Shown here one piece after another: positions 18,921 to 28,833 of a stretch of 64,000 nt of DNA. The DNA lies in assembly GCA_003554605.1 (NCBI GenBank), contig PWGU01000212.1, forward strand, positions 2,773-66,772. The letters are read 5' to 3'. The position numbers were made by a program, and so were the translations under genes. The notes beneath the pieces are model-generated. The model was not told the origin of the DNA and ran no database searches. It saw only the letters and a list, made by a program, of their open reading frames with translations. Within the stretch, counting starts at the first letter, position 1. Each line of letters opens with the position of its first letter. The DNA is from Halorubrum sp. GTDB taxonomy: Archaea; Halobacteriota; Halobacteria; Halobacteriales; Haloferacaceae.

Positions 18921-19220
18921 ATGCAACTCAACGATCTCCCGGCCTTCGTCGACGACGAGTTCGACTATCCGGTGACTGCCGAGACGGTGATCGACGTCGC
19001 CGGCGGCCGGACGGTCGCCGCGCCGGACGCGACCGACTCCGAGCGCCTGGCGACGATACTGGAGCGTGCAGGAGAAACGACGTATGAAACGTCAAATGAG
19101 CTTTTGACGGCGATACGCGGCAATCTGAGCGACAAGTACGTCGGGCGAAAATTCTACGATGACCGTGGCACGAACCCGGGCCACTCCGACGACCGCGGCG
19201 GATCGGGCGACTCGTTCTGA
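18921..19220 (+). CDS. small haloarchaeal protein (DUF5789-like)
   Basis: FDYPVTAETV...YVGRKFYDDRG. Confidence 0.7.
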   Translation: MQLNDLPAFVDDEFDYPVTAETVIDVAGGRTVAAPDATDSERLATILERAGETTYETSNELLTAIRGNLSDKYVGRKFYDDRGTNPGHSDDRGGSGDSF

Positions 19221-19279
19221 TCGAGGCTCACCCGGAGTGAGGCGGCCGGTCTCCAGGTTGGGGCCCCGGCCTTCGCCAC

Positions 19280-20275
19280 TTAGCGAAGTCGACTGTACAG
19301 CTCGGCGAGCGCACCGACGCCGGGGCCGCTGCGTGCGAGCCGATAGTACGTCTCCATCTCCGGTGCGAATTTCGCCTTGTAGGTGCAGAGGCGCGCATCG
19401 TTCGCACCGACCAGATCGTACGTCCCGATCCCGTCGTCGCACGCCTCGCAGATCACGTGCCAGTCCAGCAGGTCCTGTGCCGGAACTGACGCGTCGAAGT
19501 CGGCGACGGATTGCCAGCGGTAGACGGCGTCGTCATCGGACGCGACGATCGTTCCGCCGACGAACGTGCCATCGACGGTACAGACGTACGACGTGAACGC
19601 GTCAGGAACGGCTCGAGAGAGTCCACGAACGAGCTCGGGGGTGACGCGATACGAGATCCCCTGTTCCTCGTATCGTTCCCGAACATTCTGCAGTATCTGG
19701 TCCGTTCCCGCGATGCCCTTCGTCTCGATCGTGAAGGTGTCGCCGTCGGTTTTCCGGACGTTCTCCCGGAGGTCGCTGCTGGCGTCCGAAAGCACCCGAT
19801 CGGGGCCGCTCGTCAGGTCGACGTGATAGGTGTACCGCGGCGTCGGGCTGAACTCGTTCCAGAGAAACGGTCGGGGGTCGTCGTAGCCGACGCTGGTGCG
19901 CACGTTGATAAACCGTGGGGAGATGTGGTCGTCGATGTACGTGAGTGCGGCATCGACGAACTGCTGGTGGCGACGCTCGCGCTTTCGTCGCTTCATATTG
20001 GGATCGGCGAACGTCACCGGCCCCAGATACGGGATCTTCTCATTCGGCGGGGGTGAAAAGGCCGCGCTCACCGGCCCGATCGTTCGCTCGAAAAGCGGGA
20101 ACAGCCCGGCGGGCTCCTGCCCGACGTACCCGACGAGGGGATGCAGCTCAAGGTTCGTGTGTTCCGCGACGACCCGTAGTGCGTCGTATCGGTGGAACGG
20201 GGTGGTCGTCGCCGAACGGGCGACGAGCTCGTCCCAGGCTTCCGCGTCGTCGAGTCGCTCGATCTCGACGCTCAT
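19280..20275 (-). CDS. FemAB-like GNAT family protein
   Basis: WDELV...TPFH, SPPP..YLGP, DPRPFLWN, YDLVGAN...YKAKF. Confidence 0.8.
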   Translation of the reverse strand: MSVEIERLDDAEAWDELVARSATTTPFHRYDALRVVAEHTNLELHPLVGYVGQEPAGLFPLFERTIGPVSAAFSPPPNEKIPYLGPVTFADPNMKRRKRERRHQQFVDAALTYIDDHISPRFINVRTSVGYDDPRPFLWNEFSPTPRYTYHVDLTSGPDRVLSDASSDLRENVRKTDGDTFTIETKGIAGTDQILQNVRERYEEQGISYRVTPELVRGLSRAVPDAFTSYVCTVDGTFVGGTIVASDDDAVYRWQSVADFDASVPAQDLLDWHVICEACDDGIGTYDLVGANDARLCTYKAKFAPEMETYYRLARSGPGVGALAELYSRLR

Positions 20276-21936
20276 TCCAGGTACCCCAGATTTGACAGGC
20301 GTTCAGCTACCTCAGCGCCCGGATCATCGCCGGTTGAGGCGAGTTCGCCCCCCTCGTAGTCCGGGTACGTCGCTCGGTCGGTCTCCTCGATCACGGGGAG
20401 TGCGGACCCGTCCATGCGGTCGCTCACGGGGGCCCCGAGCAGCGACAGCACCGAGGGAGCCACGTCCAGCATGTGCGCGCCGTTCAGATCGGAGGCTGGA
20501 ATCCCCGGCCCGGTGATGGCGACGATGCCGTTGAGCTTGTGGTTCCACGCCTCGCGCGGCGTCCCGAACGGGTCCTCAAGCACCGACGCGGAGAGGAACA
20601 CGTCGAAGGAGGCTGGGACGGTGACGATATCCGGCGCGTCCTCGACGTACGGCCCGGTGAACACGTCCTCTCTGGGGAGAACGGCGTCGAAAACGGGGTC
20701 GCCATCGGGCGAGTGCAGCCCGTCGAGCACGTCGATGAGCTCCGAACGAAACTCCTCGTAGTCGCTCGGATCGACGACTCCGCTCGGCTCTCGTCCCACG
20801 ACGTTGATCCTGATCCCCATCTCGATCCGATCGCGCATATACCCGCGGGAGTTGGCGAAGTCGACGTGTTCGGCCCCCGCCTGAACGAGGTCGGCGGGAA
20901 CGAGCCGCAACGCCGCCTCGTCGAGGTGGAACGTTTTTAACACGGCCCCGATCCGCTGGCTCGTGAGCCCGAGGCTCGCGGCGGTGGACAGCGTGCGTTC
21001 GGCCAGCGACGGCGAGCGCTCGGTCCCGGACGGCTCGTCGTCGGTAGGCGATTGGCCGGCCTCCCCTTTTCGAAGCGTTTCCGTCGCCAACTGGGACCAC
21101 GAGGGCTTCACCGCGTTCGCCGCGGTTTTGACGATCCCGCGGTCGCGAAACAGCGTGTTGGGCCGAAACTCGACGCCGTCACACGGCCCGATGCCGTGGT
21201 CGCTCACGAGCACGACGTTCGTCGGGTCACAGTCGTCCAATATCCGCTCTATCTCGTCGTCGATCGCGCTGTAGACGCGTCTCGGGGCCACCTCGTCGTC
21301 GGGGAACTCGTGTAACACGGTGTCGCTCTGCTGGAACTGGACGAACCCGAAGGACGGCTTCTCTCGCTCGACGAGATACCGGAACGCCGCGCCGCGCATT
21401 CGTGTCAGCTCCTCGTACCCATCGATCCGCTCCTCGCGGGTCGCACCCTCGGTCAGCTGAGTGTTATACAGCCGATACTCGCCGATCGTCTCGCGTATTT
21501 CCTCGAGGAGTCCCGCAGGGTGACACGTGGGGTCCTCGGGTGCGGTGTAGCCGGGGACGAGCGCACCGTCGAACGCGGCCGGAGGGTGAGTGACGGGGAC
21601 GTTAACGACGACGCTCCGATGGCCCTCCTGAGAGAGCAGCTCCCACAGCGCGTGTTCGCGAACGTCGGTTCCGTCAACGATCTCCCAGTCGTATCCCTCG
21701 AACCGAAGAAACCCGTACACGCCGTGTTCTCCCGGATTAACGCCGGTGTATATCGACGGCCATGTGCTCGGGGTCCACGGCGGAAGTTGCGCCCGGAGCG
21801 GTCCACTCGCACCCTCCGCGATCACGGAGTCGATCGTCGGCGTCGTTCCCTCGGGGAGATGTGAAAGTACGTCGTGACTCAGCGCGTCGACGCCGACTAC
21901 TAGCGTGTCGACGCTCCCGCCTGAACTGTCGGACAT
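20272..21936 (-). CDS. alkaline phosphatase superfamily (nucleotide pyrophosphatase/phosphodiesterase-type) protein
   Basis: VVGVDA, PPWTPSTWPSIYTGVNPG, SDHG, DVAPSVL, ERLSNLGYL; TAACAA core 26 nt before ATG 21936. Confidence 0.85.
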   Translation of the reverse strand: MSDSSGGSVDTLVVGVDALSHDVLSHLPEGTTPTIDSVIAEGASGPLRAQLPPWTPSTWPSIYTGVNPGEHGVYGFLRFEGYDWEIVDGTDVREHALWELLSQEGHRSVVVNVPVTHPPAAFDGALVPGYTAPEDPTCHPAGLLEEIRETIGEYRLYNTQLTEGATREERIDGYEELTRMRGAAFRYLVEREKPSFGFVQFQQSDTVLHEFPDDEVAPRRVYSAIDDEIERILDDCDPTNVVLVSDHGIGPCDGVEFRPNTLFRDRGIVKTAANAVKPSWSQLATETLRKGEAGQSPTDDEPSGTERSPSLAERTLSTAASLGLTSQRIGAVLKTFHLDEAALRLVPADLVQAGAEHVDFANSRGYMRDRIEMGIRINVVGREPSGVVDPSDYEEFRSELIDVLDGLHSPDGDPVFDAVLPREDVFTGPYVEDAPDIVTVPASFDVFLSASVLEDPFGTPREAWNHKLNGIVAITGPGIPASDLNGAHMLDVAPSVLSLLGAPVSDRMDGSALPVIEETDRATYPDYEGGELASTGDDPGAEVAERLSNLGYLE

Positions 21937-21993
21937 ACCGGGACACACACCGATACCCGGCTTTGTTATGGGTCGCCTGTGTGTCGCTTCGGC

Positions 21994-22929
21994 TTACGTC
22001 TGCAGCGACGACACAGGTTCGGACCTGACCCGCTTGGCCACCTCACGCATCGTTCGCACGTTCAGACCGCTGAGCTCGCGCCTGCGAGCGATGTACGCGA
22101 GGACCGTTCGCAGCCGTTCGATATCGTGGTCGCTCAGCAGGTCGTTCGGACGTAACCAGAGGTGGAACACGCCGTCGCCGACGGTCGCCGCATCGATGCC
22201 GCGGCACGCGGCTGCGACGGTTGGATCCCCCCAGAGCCGTTCACAAACTCGGCCGGCAGACCCCGAAAGCCCGTACAGGTGCATCGACGCCGGCACGTTC
22301 ACCAGACCGAACTCGTCGATGTACGGCTGAACGAGCGGCGGCGTGGCGATGGTCGCACGGCCGATCGTTCGAAGCGCCGAGGTGGCTGGTGGCTGCCCGT
22401 TCGGGCCGACACCACGGTAGGAGGTGAACCCCCACTCTGCAAGCACGTCGCGATGACCGACGCTGTTGTGTGGAAAGACGACGGACGACATCGCCGCCGG
22501 GAGCGGCGAGGACTCCGCGGCTTCAAGCGAGGCCACGAGCTCCTCTCGTGCGATCGGCGTCGTCGTTGAGTCCGCGCCGAAGTCGACGTGGGAGAAGGTG
22601 TGACACCCGATTTCGTGGTCCGCCTCGGCGACGGTTATTGCTCGGATGAGACTGGGTGCAAAGCGGAGATCGGGCCGATCGGCCCACTCGTCGCGCTCTG
22701 AAGCGAACCATGTGTCGCCGATCGGATGCATTGCGTGGGCCCGATCGCACTCGGACAGAAAGAGGGGTCCAACGACGGCCCACGTCGCAGGAACTCGGTA
22801 CGTGTCGAGCAGTTCGAGCAGCGTCAGCCAGCTCTTACGACCCGCTTCCACGCGATCCGTCGGCGGCGCCGTGAGGTCGTGGTATCCCCAACCCAGCTCC
22901 GCGTCGACCGACAGCACGACCGTGCCCAC
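21994..22929 (-). CDS. polysaccharide deacetylase family protein
   Basis: VVLSVDAELGWG, PATWAVVG, HEIGCHTFSH, FHLWLRP; GTG start inferred. Confidence 0.85.
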   Translation of the reverse strand: MGTVVLSVDAELGWGYHDLTAPPTDRVEAGRKSWLTLLELLDTYRVPATWAVVGPLFLSECDRAHAMHPIGDTWFASERDEWADRPDLRFAPSLIRAITVAEADHEIGCHTFSHVDFGADSTTTPIAREELVASLEAAESSPLPAAMSSVVFPHNSVGHRDVLAEWGFTSYRGVGPNGQPPATSALRTIGRATIATPPLVQPYIDEFGLVNVPASMHLYGLSGSAGRVCERLWGDPTVAAACRGIDAATVGDGVFHLWLRPNDLLSDHDIERLRTVLAYIARRRELSGLNVRTMREVAKRVRSEPVSSLQT

Positions 22930-23130
22930 GGTCACGACCTCCGAACGGAGATCGCCACGGCGTGGTCGCAGGGTGAGGACGGACACATACGTCTCGATCC
23001 AGCGTTTCGGGGTTTTGTTATAGTTACACAAAATTCAGGAATGACAGCTTACGAGGGCGTCGTCTCTAGTTTTCCCGATGACGAACTCGTGTCGCGAGAT
23101 CAGATCACGGAGCCCCGTGCGTCTCGGGCG

Positions 23131-23148
23131 GAAAGCGTCGCATAACAA
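23131..23148 (+). promoter_or_regulatory. cluster motif GAA-N9-TAACAA
   Basis: GAA agcgtcgca TAACAA upstream of operon 23299-27492; divergent TAACAA core at 23015-23020. Confidence 0.6.
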
Positions 23149-23298
23149 AGCCGCCACCTGGACAGATTTGAGCCACGACTCGTCACCGGATGAGTAACAT
23201 ATCAGTATGATCGGACCAACGTCAGTACCGCCCGGCGGTGGATCGACGGTGCACGTACCGCACCAGACACACGGAGCGCTCGCGACGAGGGGCCACCC

Positions 23299-23955
23299 GT
23301 GAGCGACCAGCCTGGCGCCGGGACGGACCGGTCCGGTGAACGAACGACGAGCGGCGAGCGAGCGGCGACAGATCGGCCCGTCGGGCACCTCGGCGAGGAC
23401 TGCCGGATAGACGACGGCGTTCGGTTGACGCCCGCGGAGGCCGACGAGCGGCCGATCCGTATCGGCGACCGGGCCCGGATCCGCTCCGGAAGCGTCATTT
23501 ATGCCGGCGTCGAGGTCGGCGACGGCCTGACGACCGGCCACGACACCGTCATCCGGGAGCGGACGGTGATCGGCGACGACGTCCTCATCGGGACGAAGAC
23601 CGTCATCGACGGAGAGACGGTTATCGGCGACCGATCGAGCCTCCAGACGGGCGTGTACGTCCCCACGGGAACCACCATCGAGAGCGACGTGTTCATCGGG
23701 CCGAATGCCGTGATGACGAACGATCCGTATCCGGTCCGGACGGAAGCACCGTTGATCGCGCCAACGATCGAGCAGCACGCCTCGATCGGCGCGAACGCGA
23801 CCATCCTTCCCGGCGTCACGATCGGCGAGGGGGCGTTCGTCGCCGCCGGCGCGCTCGTCACCGACGACGTGCCGCCGGCGACCCTCGCGATCGGCGCCCC
23901 CGCGACGACCCGACCGTTGACCGAACAGCTGGCCGGGCGGAACGACCTCCCCTGA
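23299..23955 (+). CDS. hexapeptide-repeat acyltransferase
   Basis: Hexapeptide repeats, MTNDPYP, IGANATILPGVTIGEG. Confidence 0.85.
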   Translation: MSDQPGAGTDRSGERTTSGERAATDRPVGHLGEDCRIDDGVRLTPAEADERPIRIGDRARIRSGSVIYAGVEVGDGLTTGHDTVIRERTVIGDDVLIGTKTVIDGETVIGDRSSLQTGVYVPTGTTIESDVFIGPNAVMTNDPYPVRTEAPLIAPTIEQHASIGANATILPGVTIGEGAFVAAGALVTDDVPPATLAIGAPATTRPLTEQLAGRNDLP

Positions 23956-23972
23956 GTAGCCGACATTTTCAC

Positions 23973-25484
23973 ATGGAACACACTCACGACTCATCCGACC
24001 CGGACCCGAACACAGGCAGCGAACGTAGCCGAGAGACCCGTACGCTGTACGGCTCGTCGGCATCTCCCGCCGAGCAGCAACGAGCGATTACCGACGGCGA
24101 CGTGCCGGTCGCCGTCTACGGACTCGGCAAGATGGGACTGCCGATCGCGGCCGTTCTCGCGTCCGTCACCGGCAACGTCGTCGGCGCGGACGTGGATCCC
24201 GCGGTCGTCGAGCGCGTCAACGCCGGCAAGTCGCACGTGGACGGCGAACCCGGACTCGACGAACTCGTCGCCGAGACCGTTGCGGACGGCGCGTTAAGGG
24301 CCGTTGCGGATCCCGACGAGGCGGCACGGACGGCGTCGGTCCACGTCGTCATCGTGCCGACGCTACTCACCGAATCGAACGGCTGTGACCTAGCCATCGT
24401 CGACGCCGTCGTCGACGCGATCGCCACCGGCCTCGACGCCGGCGATGCCGTGTTCGTGGAGTCGACGGTCCCTCCACGAACGTGTGCGGACCGGATCGCT
24501 CCCCGGCTGGCCGACGGGAGCGGACTCGACCCCGGGACCTTCGGCGTCGCGTTCTGCCCGGAACGAACCTCGAGCGGCAACGCACTCCGCGACATCCGGG
24601 AGGCGTATCCGAAAGTCGTCGGGGGCGTCGACGCGGAGAGCACGCGGGTCGCCGAACTCGTGTACGGGGCGGTGACCGACAACGACGTGATCGTCGCCAG
24701 CGACGCGACGACGGCGGAGGCGACGAAGGTGTTCGGCGGGGTCTACCGCGACGTCAACATCGGCCTCGCCAACGAGTTCGCCCGCTACGCCGACGCGATA
24801 GGTATCGACGTGAGGGAGGCGATCGCCGCCTCGAACACGCAACCGTTCAGTCGGATCCTCTCGCCCGGGCCCGGGGTCGGCGGCCACTGTATCCCGGTGT
24901 ACCCGTACTTCCTGCTCGAGGAGTTCTCGGTCGACAGCCCGCTCGTCCGGATCGCGCGAGCGGTCAACGACGAGATGCCGTCGTACACCGTCGACCGCGT
25001 TCGCGCCATGCTCGCCGCCGAGTACGGGAACGGGACCGCCGTGAGTTCGCCATCCCCGGGGGTACTGGACGGGAGCCGGATCCTCGTACTCGGCGCGACG
25101 TACCGCCCCGGCGTCGACGAGCTACGAAACGCGCCGTCATACGAGGTGATCGAGGGACTTGCACGACGGGGGTCGACCGTCGAGGTCTGTGACCCCGTCG
25201 CGACGGACCTGTCCGGCTTCGCCGCGAGTGCGGTGTCGATGGCGACGGCGGCACGCGGCTCGTACGACGCCGTCGTCGTGGTGACGCCACACGAGGAGTT
25301 TTCGGCGTTCGCCTGGGACGACTTAGCCCCCACCGCCGTCCTCGACTGTCACGGTGCCGTCGAACTCGGCGACACGGACCACCGCACGTACACGCTCGGC
25401 AGGGCGATGGCGCTCGGCGGGTCGGCGGTCGCCGACGAGGGCGACGGCCCTGACGTCGCCGATCCCTTCAAAACGGAGCGATGA
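23973..25484 (+). CDS. nucleotide-sugar 6-dehydrogenase (WbpA/WecC-like)
   Basis: GLGKMGLP, ESTVPP, FCPER, PGPGVGGHCIP. Confidence 0.9.
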   Translation: MEHTHDSSDPDPNTGSERSRETRTLYGSSASPAEQQRAITDGDVPVAVYGLGKMGLPIAAVLASVTGNVVGADVDPAVVERVNAGKSHVDGEPGLDELVAETVADGALRAVADPDEAARTASVHVVIVPTLLTESNGCDLAIVDAVVDAIATGLDAGDAVFVESTVPPRTCADRIAPRLADGSGLDPGTFGVAFCPERTSSGNALRDIREAYPKVVGGVDAESTRVAELVYGAVTDNDVIVASDATTAEATKVFGGVYRDVNIGLANEFARYADAIGIDVREAIAASNTQPFSRILSPGPGVGGHCIPVYPYFLLEEFSVDSPLVRIARAVNDEMPSYTVDRVRAMLAAEYGNGTAVSSPSPGVLDGSRILVLGATYRPGVDELRNAPSYEVIEGLARRGSTVEVCDPVATDLSGFAASAVSMATAARGSYDAVVVVTPHEEFSAFAWDDLAPTAVLDCHGAVELGDTDHRTYTLGRAMALGGSAVADEGDGPDVADPFKTER

Positions 25485-26521
25485 GTCGCATCCACTTCGA
25501 CGTGACCCATCCGGCTCACGTCCACCTGTTCAGACACGCGATTCGCGAACTCGCCGACGCCGACCACCACGTCGTCGTGAGTTCGCGCGAGAAGGAGCTG
25601 ACCACGGACCTGCTGGACGCGTACGACATTCCACACACGGTGTTGTCCACGATGGGGACGCACAAGGTCGAACTCGCCTCCGAGTGGATCGGCCGAAGCG
25701 TTCGCACGCTCGAGTACGACCGCCGGTTTGGCCCCGACGTCGTCGTCAGTCGTCTGAGCCCCTCCGCGGTGGCGGCCGCCACGGTGACCGGCGCGGCGAG
25801 CGTCGCGCTCCACGACCACGAGGGCACGAACCGCCTTGCCGGGCTGCTTGCCCCATTTCTCGACCGGCTCTGTACGCCGACGTCGTTCGAGGCGGACTTC
25901 GGGGCCCCCCACCGTCGCCACGAGGGCGTCCAGGAGTTGGCGTACCTACACCCCAACCGGTTCACGCCCGACCGCGAACGCCTCCGAGAACACGGCGTCA
26001 AGCCGGAGGAACCCTACACCGTGTTGCGGCTCGTCTCCATGGGCGCACATCACGACGTGGGGCTCGAGGGGATCTCCGAGCGGGCACAGCACCGACTCGT
26101 GGACGAACTGTTCGCGTACGGGCCCGTATACGTCTCCGCCGAGGGGCCGGTCCCCGACGACCTCCCCGCGGAGCGGATGCCGGTGCCCCCCGAACTGATG
26201 CACGACCTGCTCGGCGAGGCTTCGCTGCTCGTCACCGATTCGAACACGATGGCGACGGAAGCCGGTCTGCTCGGTACGCCGGTCGTACGGTCGGGAGCGT
26301 ACGCCGCCACGGACGAGTTCAGCAACTTCGCCGTCCTCGGCGATGCCGGCCTCGTGGAGTCGATCGCGGACGAGACGGCCGCCGTTCAACGTGCGGTCGA
26401 ACTGGCCGCGGACCCGGACGCCGGCGACCGCTGGCAGCGCCGGCGAGCGGCGTATCTCGAGGACGCGATAGACGTCACGGAGTACATCGTCGAAACGGTG
26501 CTGGAGGGGGCGGATGCATGA
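25481..26521 (+). CDS. DUF354 family (GT-B-fold) protein
   Basis: HPAHVHLF, ELAYLHP, TMATEAGLLGTP. Confidence 0.8.
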   Translation: MSRIHFDVTHPAHVHLFRHAIRELADADHHVVVSSREKELTTDLLDAYDIPHTVLSTMGTHKVELASEWIGRSVRTLEYDRRFGPDVVVSRLSPSAVAAATVTGAASVALHDHEGTNRLAGLLAPFLDRLCTPTSFEADFGAPHRRHEGVQELAYLHPNRFTPDRERLREHGVKPEEPYTVLRLVSMGAHHDVGLEGISERAQHRLVDELFAYGPVYVSAEGPVPDDLPAERMPVPPELMHDLLGEASLLVTDSNTMATEAGLLGTPVVRSGAYAATDEFSNFAVLGDAGLVESIADETAAVQRAVELAADPDAGDRWQRRRAAYLEDAIDVTEYIVETVLEGADA

Positions 26522-27492
26522 GATCGGCAGGTTCCATCGGGCAGGAGCGTGACGCGTCCGATCGACGCCGGGAGGTGATCCCGGGGGAGAACTCGTTCGC
26601 CCTCTGTCTCACGCACGACGTGGATCGGCCGTACAAGACGTACCAATCCCCGTACTACGCCGTCCGGAACCGGTCCCTCTCACACCTCCTCGACGTGCTC
26701 CCCGGCCGAAACCCGTACTGGTCGTTCGACCGGATTCGGGCGATCGAGGACGGACTCGGCGTCCGGTCGGCGTTCTACATTCTCGACGAGGAGTCGCTGT
26801 TCACGGACCGTCCGAGACGCGAGTTGCTGGACCCCAAAGCGTGGTCGCTGTACACCGGTCGATACGACATCGAGGACGCGCGGATCGTCGATCTGATACA
26901 CGAACTCGATGACGGCGGCTGGGAGATCGGTCTGCACGGCTCCTACAATTCCTATCGGGACCGGAACCGGCTCCGCGAACAAAAACGGCGGGTGGAAGCG
27001 ATCCTCGGTCGTCGTGTGGCCGGCGGGCGTCAACACCACCTCAACCTCTCCATCCCGGAGACGTGGGAGCATCACGCCGCAGTGGGGTTGCGATACGACG
27101 CATCGCTCGGGTCCGCAACCGAGTACGGCTTCGAGCACGGCTACGGGCTCCACCGACCGTTCGACGACGAGTTCGCGGTCTTTCCCCTGACGGCGATGGA
27201 GATCTCCCTGCCGATCGAGGGTGACCCCGATCGAGCGTGGGCGGCCATGGAGGACCTGCTCGTGGAGGCCGAAGCGAACGCCGCCGTGATGACCGTGCTC
27301 TGGCATCCGCGCTTCTTCTGTTCGGACACGCCGAACCACGCGCCGCTCTATCGCCGGCTGATCGAACGGGCGCTCGAAAGGGGTGCGTGGGTCGGTCCTC
27401 CCGGAGAACTGTACGAGCAACTCGACCATCCCGAACCGGCGACCGATCCATCCCCGCAGGGTGCGCGAACGGGGTTCGGCCCGTCGGAATAG
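26518..27492 (+). CDS. polysaccharide deacetylase family protein
   Basis: LTHDVD, WEIGLHGSY, GGRQHHL, YDASLG, VLWHP; ATGA overlap with the DUF354 stop. Confidence 0.85.
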   Translation: MRSAGSIGQERDASDRRREVIPGENSFALCLTHDVDRPYKTYQSPYYAVRNRSLSHLLDVLPGRNPYWSFDRIRAIEDGLGVRSAFYILDEESLFTDRPRRELLDPKAWSLYTGRYDIEDARIVDLIHELDDGGWEIGLHGSYNSYRDRNRLREQKRRVEAILGRRVAGGRQHHLNLSIPETWEHHAAVGLRYDASLGSATEYGFEHGYGLHRPFDDEFAVFPLTAMEISLPIEGDPDRAWAAMEDLLVEAEANAAVMTVLWHPRFFCSDTPNHAPLYRRLIERALERGAWVGPPGELYEQLDHPEPATDPSPQGARTGFGPSE

Positions 27493-27508
27493 ATCGGACG
27501 GTAGTCGG

Positions 27509-28396
27509 TCAGGGGCCGGCCACGGGACGGAGGTCGGCGAGGTCCGGATGCTGTCGCAATCGCTCCGGGAGCGCCCGCCACCGCGACGGATCGGCCGCCA
27601 GTCGATCGCGGGTTCGTTGCCAGTCCGTGTGGCGAGCCATGATCCATACCGGAACGCGGTCGAGAGCGAGCAGTTTCGCGATCGAGAGTCTGTTGCGGCC
27701 GTCCATGAACAACAGGTCGCCGTCGCGCCCCACACACACCGTTATCTCGTCGGTGACCGTTTCGACGGCCTGGGGGTCATCGCCGAGCGCGTCGGACGTC
27801 GCCGCCAACGCCGACTGTGGCCGGTAGCCCTCGTTCGCGATGGTGTCGTACAGCGACTCCACGAACTCGCAGCGTCGCTGAAACTCGCGTTCGGAGGTGC
27901 AGCCCCACAGCTCGAATCCGCGCTCAATGTATGCCACGGACTGCCGATAAAACTCGGTCTCGTTCCACGCGACGTTCCGGTGAAACCGTGCCTCGAATCC
28001 TCGATAGACGTCAGTCTCCACGAATCGCGTATCGAGGGCGTCCCAGTCCCCGCCAACGACGCGACCAGCGTGTTTGAATTTCGGCGGCGGAAACGCGCTC
28101 TCGTCCCGGATCTGGTTTGGATAGCCATCCGCCTCAACGAGATACTCGATCCGATCCGGATCGACCGAGGCGACCGAAAAGGGAGCGATCGATGCGCGAT
28201 GACCGCCACGCAATCGAGTAAGACGCCCCTGAGACGCACCATACATCGACATATAGCGACACCAGAGCCGGAGTATCGGGGATTCGAGGGCGGGATATCT
28301 GGCCATCATTCCGTTTCCAAAGCGTCGAATTGCCAGTTCAACAAGCGAGACGCCCGAACGAAGCAGCCCGAGAGGGTCGACCGAGTGCGTGTTCAT
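27509..28396 (-). CDS. hypothetical protein with ParB/Srx-like motif
   Basis: LYDTIANEGY...VGRDGDLLFMDGRNRLSIAKLL; start uncertain. Confidence 0.6.
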   Translation of the reverse strand: MNTHSVDPLGLLRSGVSLVELAIRRFGNGMMARYPALESPILRLWCRYMSMYGASQGRLTRLRGGHRASIAPFSVASVDPDRIEYLVEADGYPNQIRDESAFPPPKFKHAGRVVGGDWDALDTRFVETDVYRGFEARFHRNVAWNETEFYRQSVAYIERGFELWGCTSEREFQRRCEFVESLYDTIANEGYRPQSALAATSDALGDDPQAVETVTDEITVCVGRDGDLLFMDGRNRLSIAKLLALDRVPVWIMARHTDWQRTRDRLAADPSRWRALPERLRQHPDLADLRPVAGP

Positions 28397-28833
28397 GAAC
28401 AACGGTATTGTCGGTGGAGTGCGCTTTAGTAGCCACACGAAAAAGTGGAGCGCTCGACATCGGGTGCGGTGTCCCACCGATCGCACACGGATATTCGACT
28501 GTTAGGGGGTCGTCGACGGTCGGTCGGCGGTAGTAGGAACCTCATACTGACGAACGGGAGCCCACCTGCAGCGCCGATACGGCGTGATCGCGGGGGATGT
28601 ATCGACATCCTCGCCGCCCTCCCGGGCGAAGATCGCCGGGAGGAACGGTAGAAGAACCATACCCGCAGTAGGAGGATCGTTCTATCGTCCAGCCACACGC
28701 GCATTGAACTACAGGTATTCGACACTGAAAGATAGGCAGTTGAACGGAACGATCGTGCATTTGGGAGCAATTCGAGCGTGATTCGAGGGAACCGGTCGAT
28801 AGCTACACGAATATAAGCTCATCCTACCTCAGT

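Noticed and set aside
25354-26517. 712-aa ORF as a fusion protein
   Set aside because: The Arg-rich N-terminal half is an alternative frame of the DUF354 gene; the deacetylase starts at 26518
28530-28662. Bare GTA-N9-TAC dyads (28530-28547, 28648-28662; also 138-152)
   Set aside because: A 6-base pattern is expected several times by chance, and these are not at the 25-30 nt position, so they were not counted as motif copies
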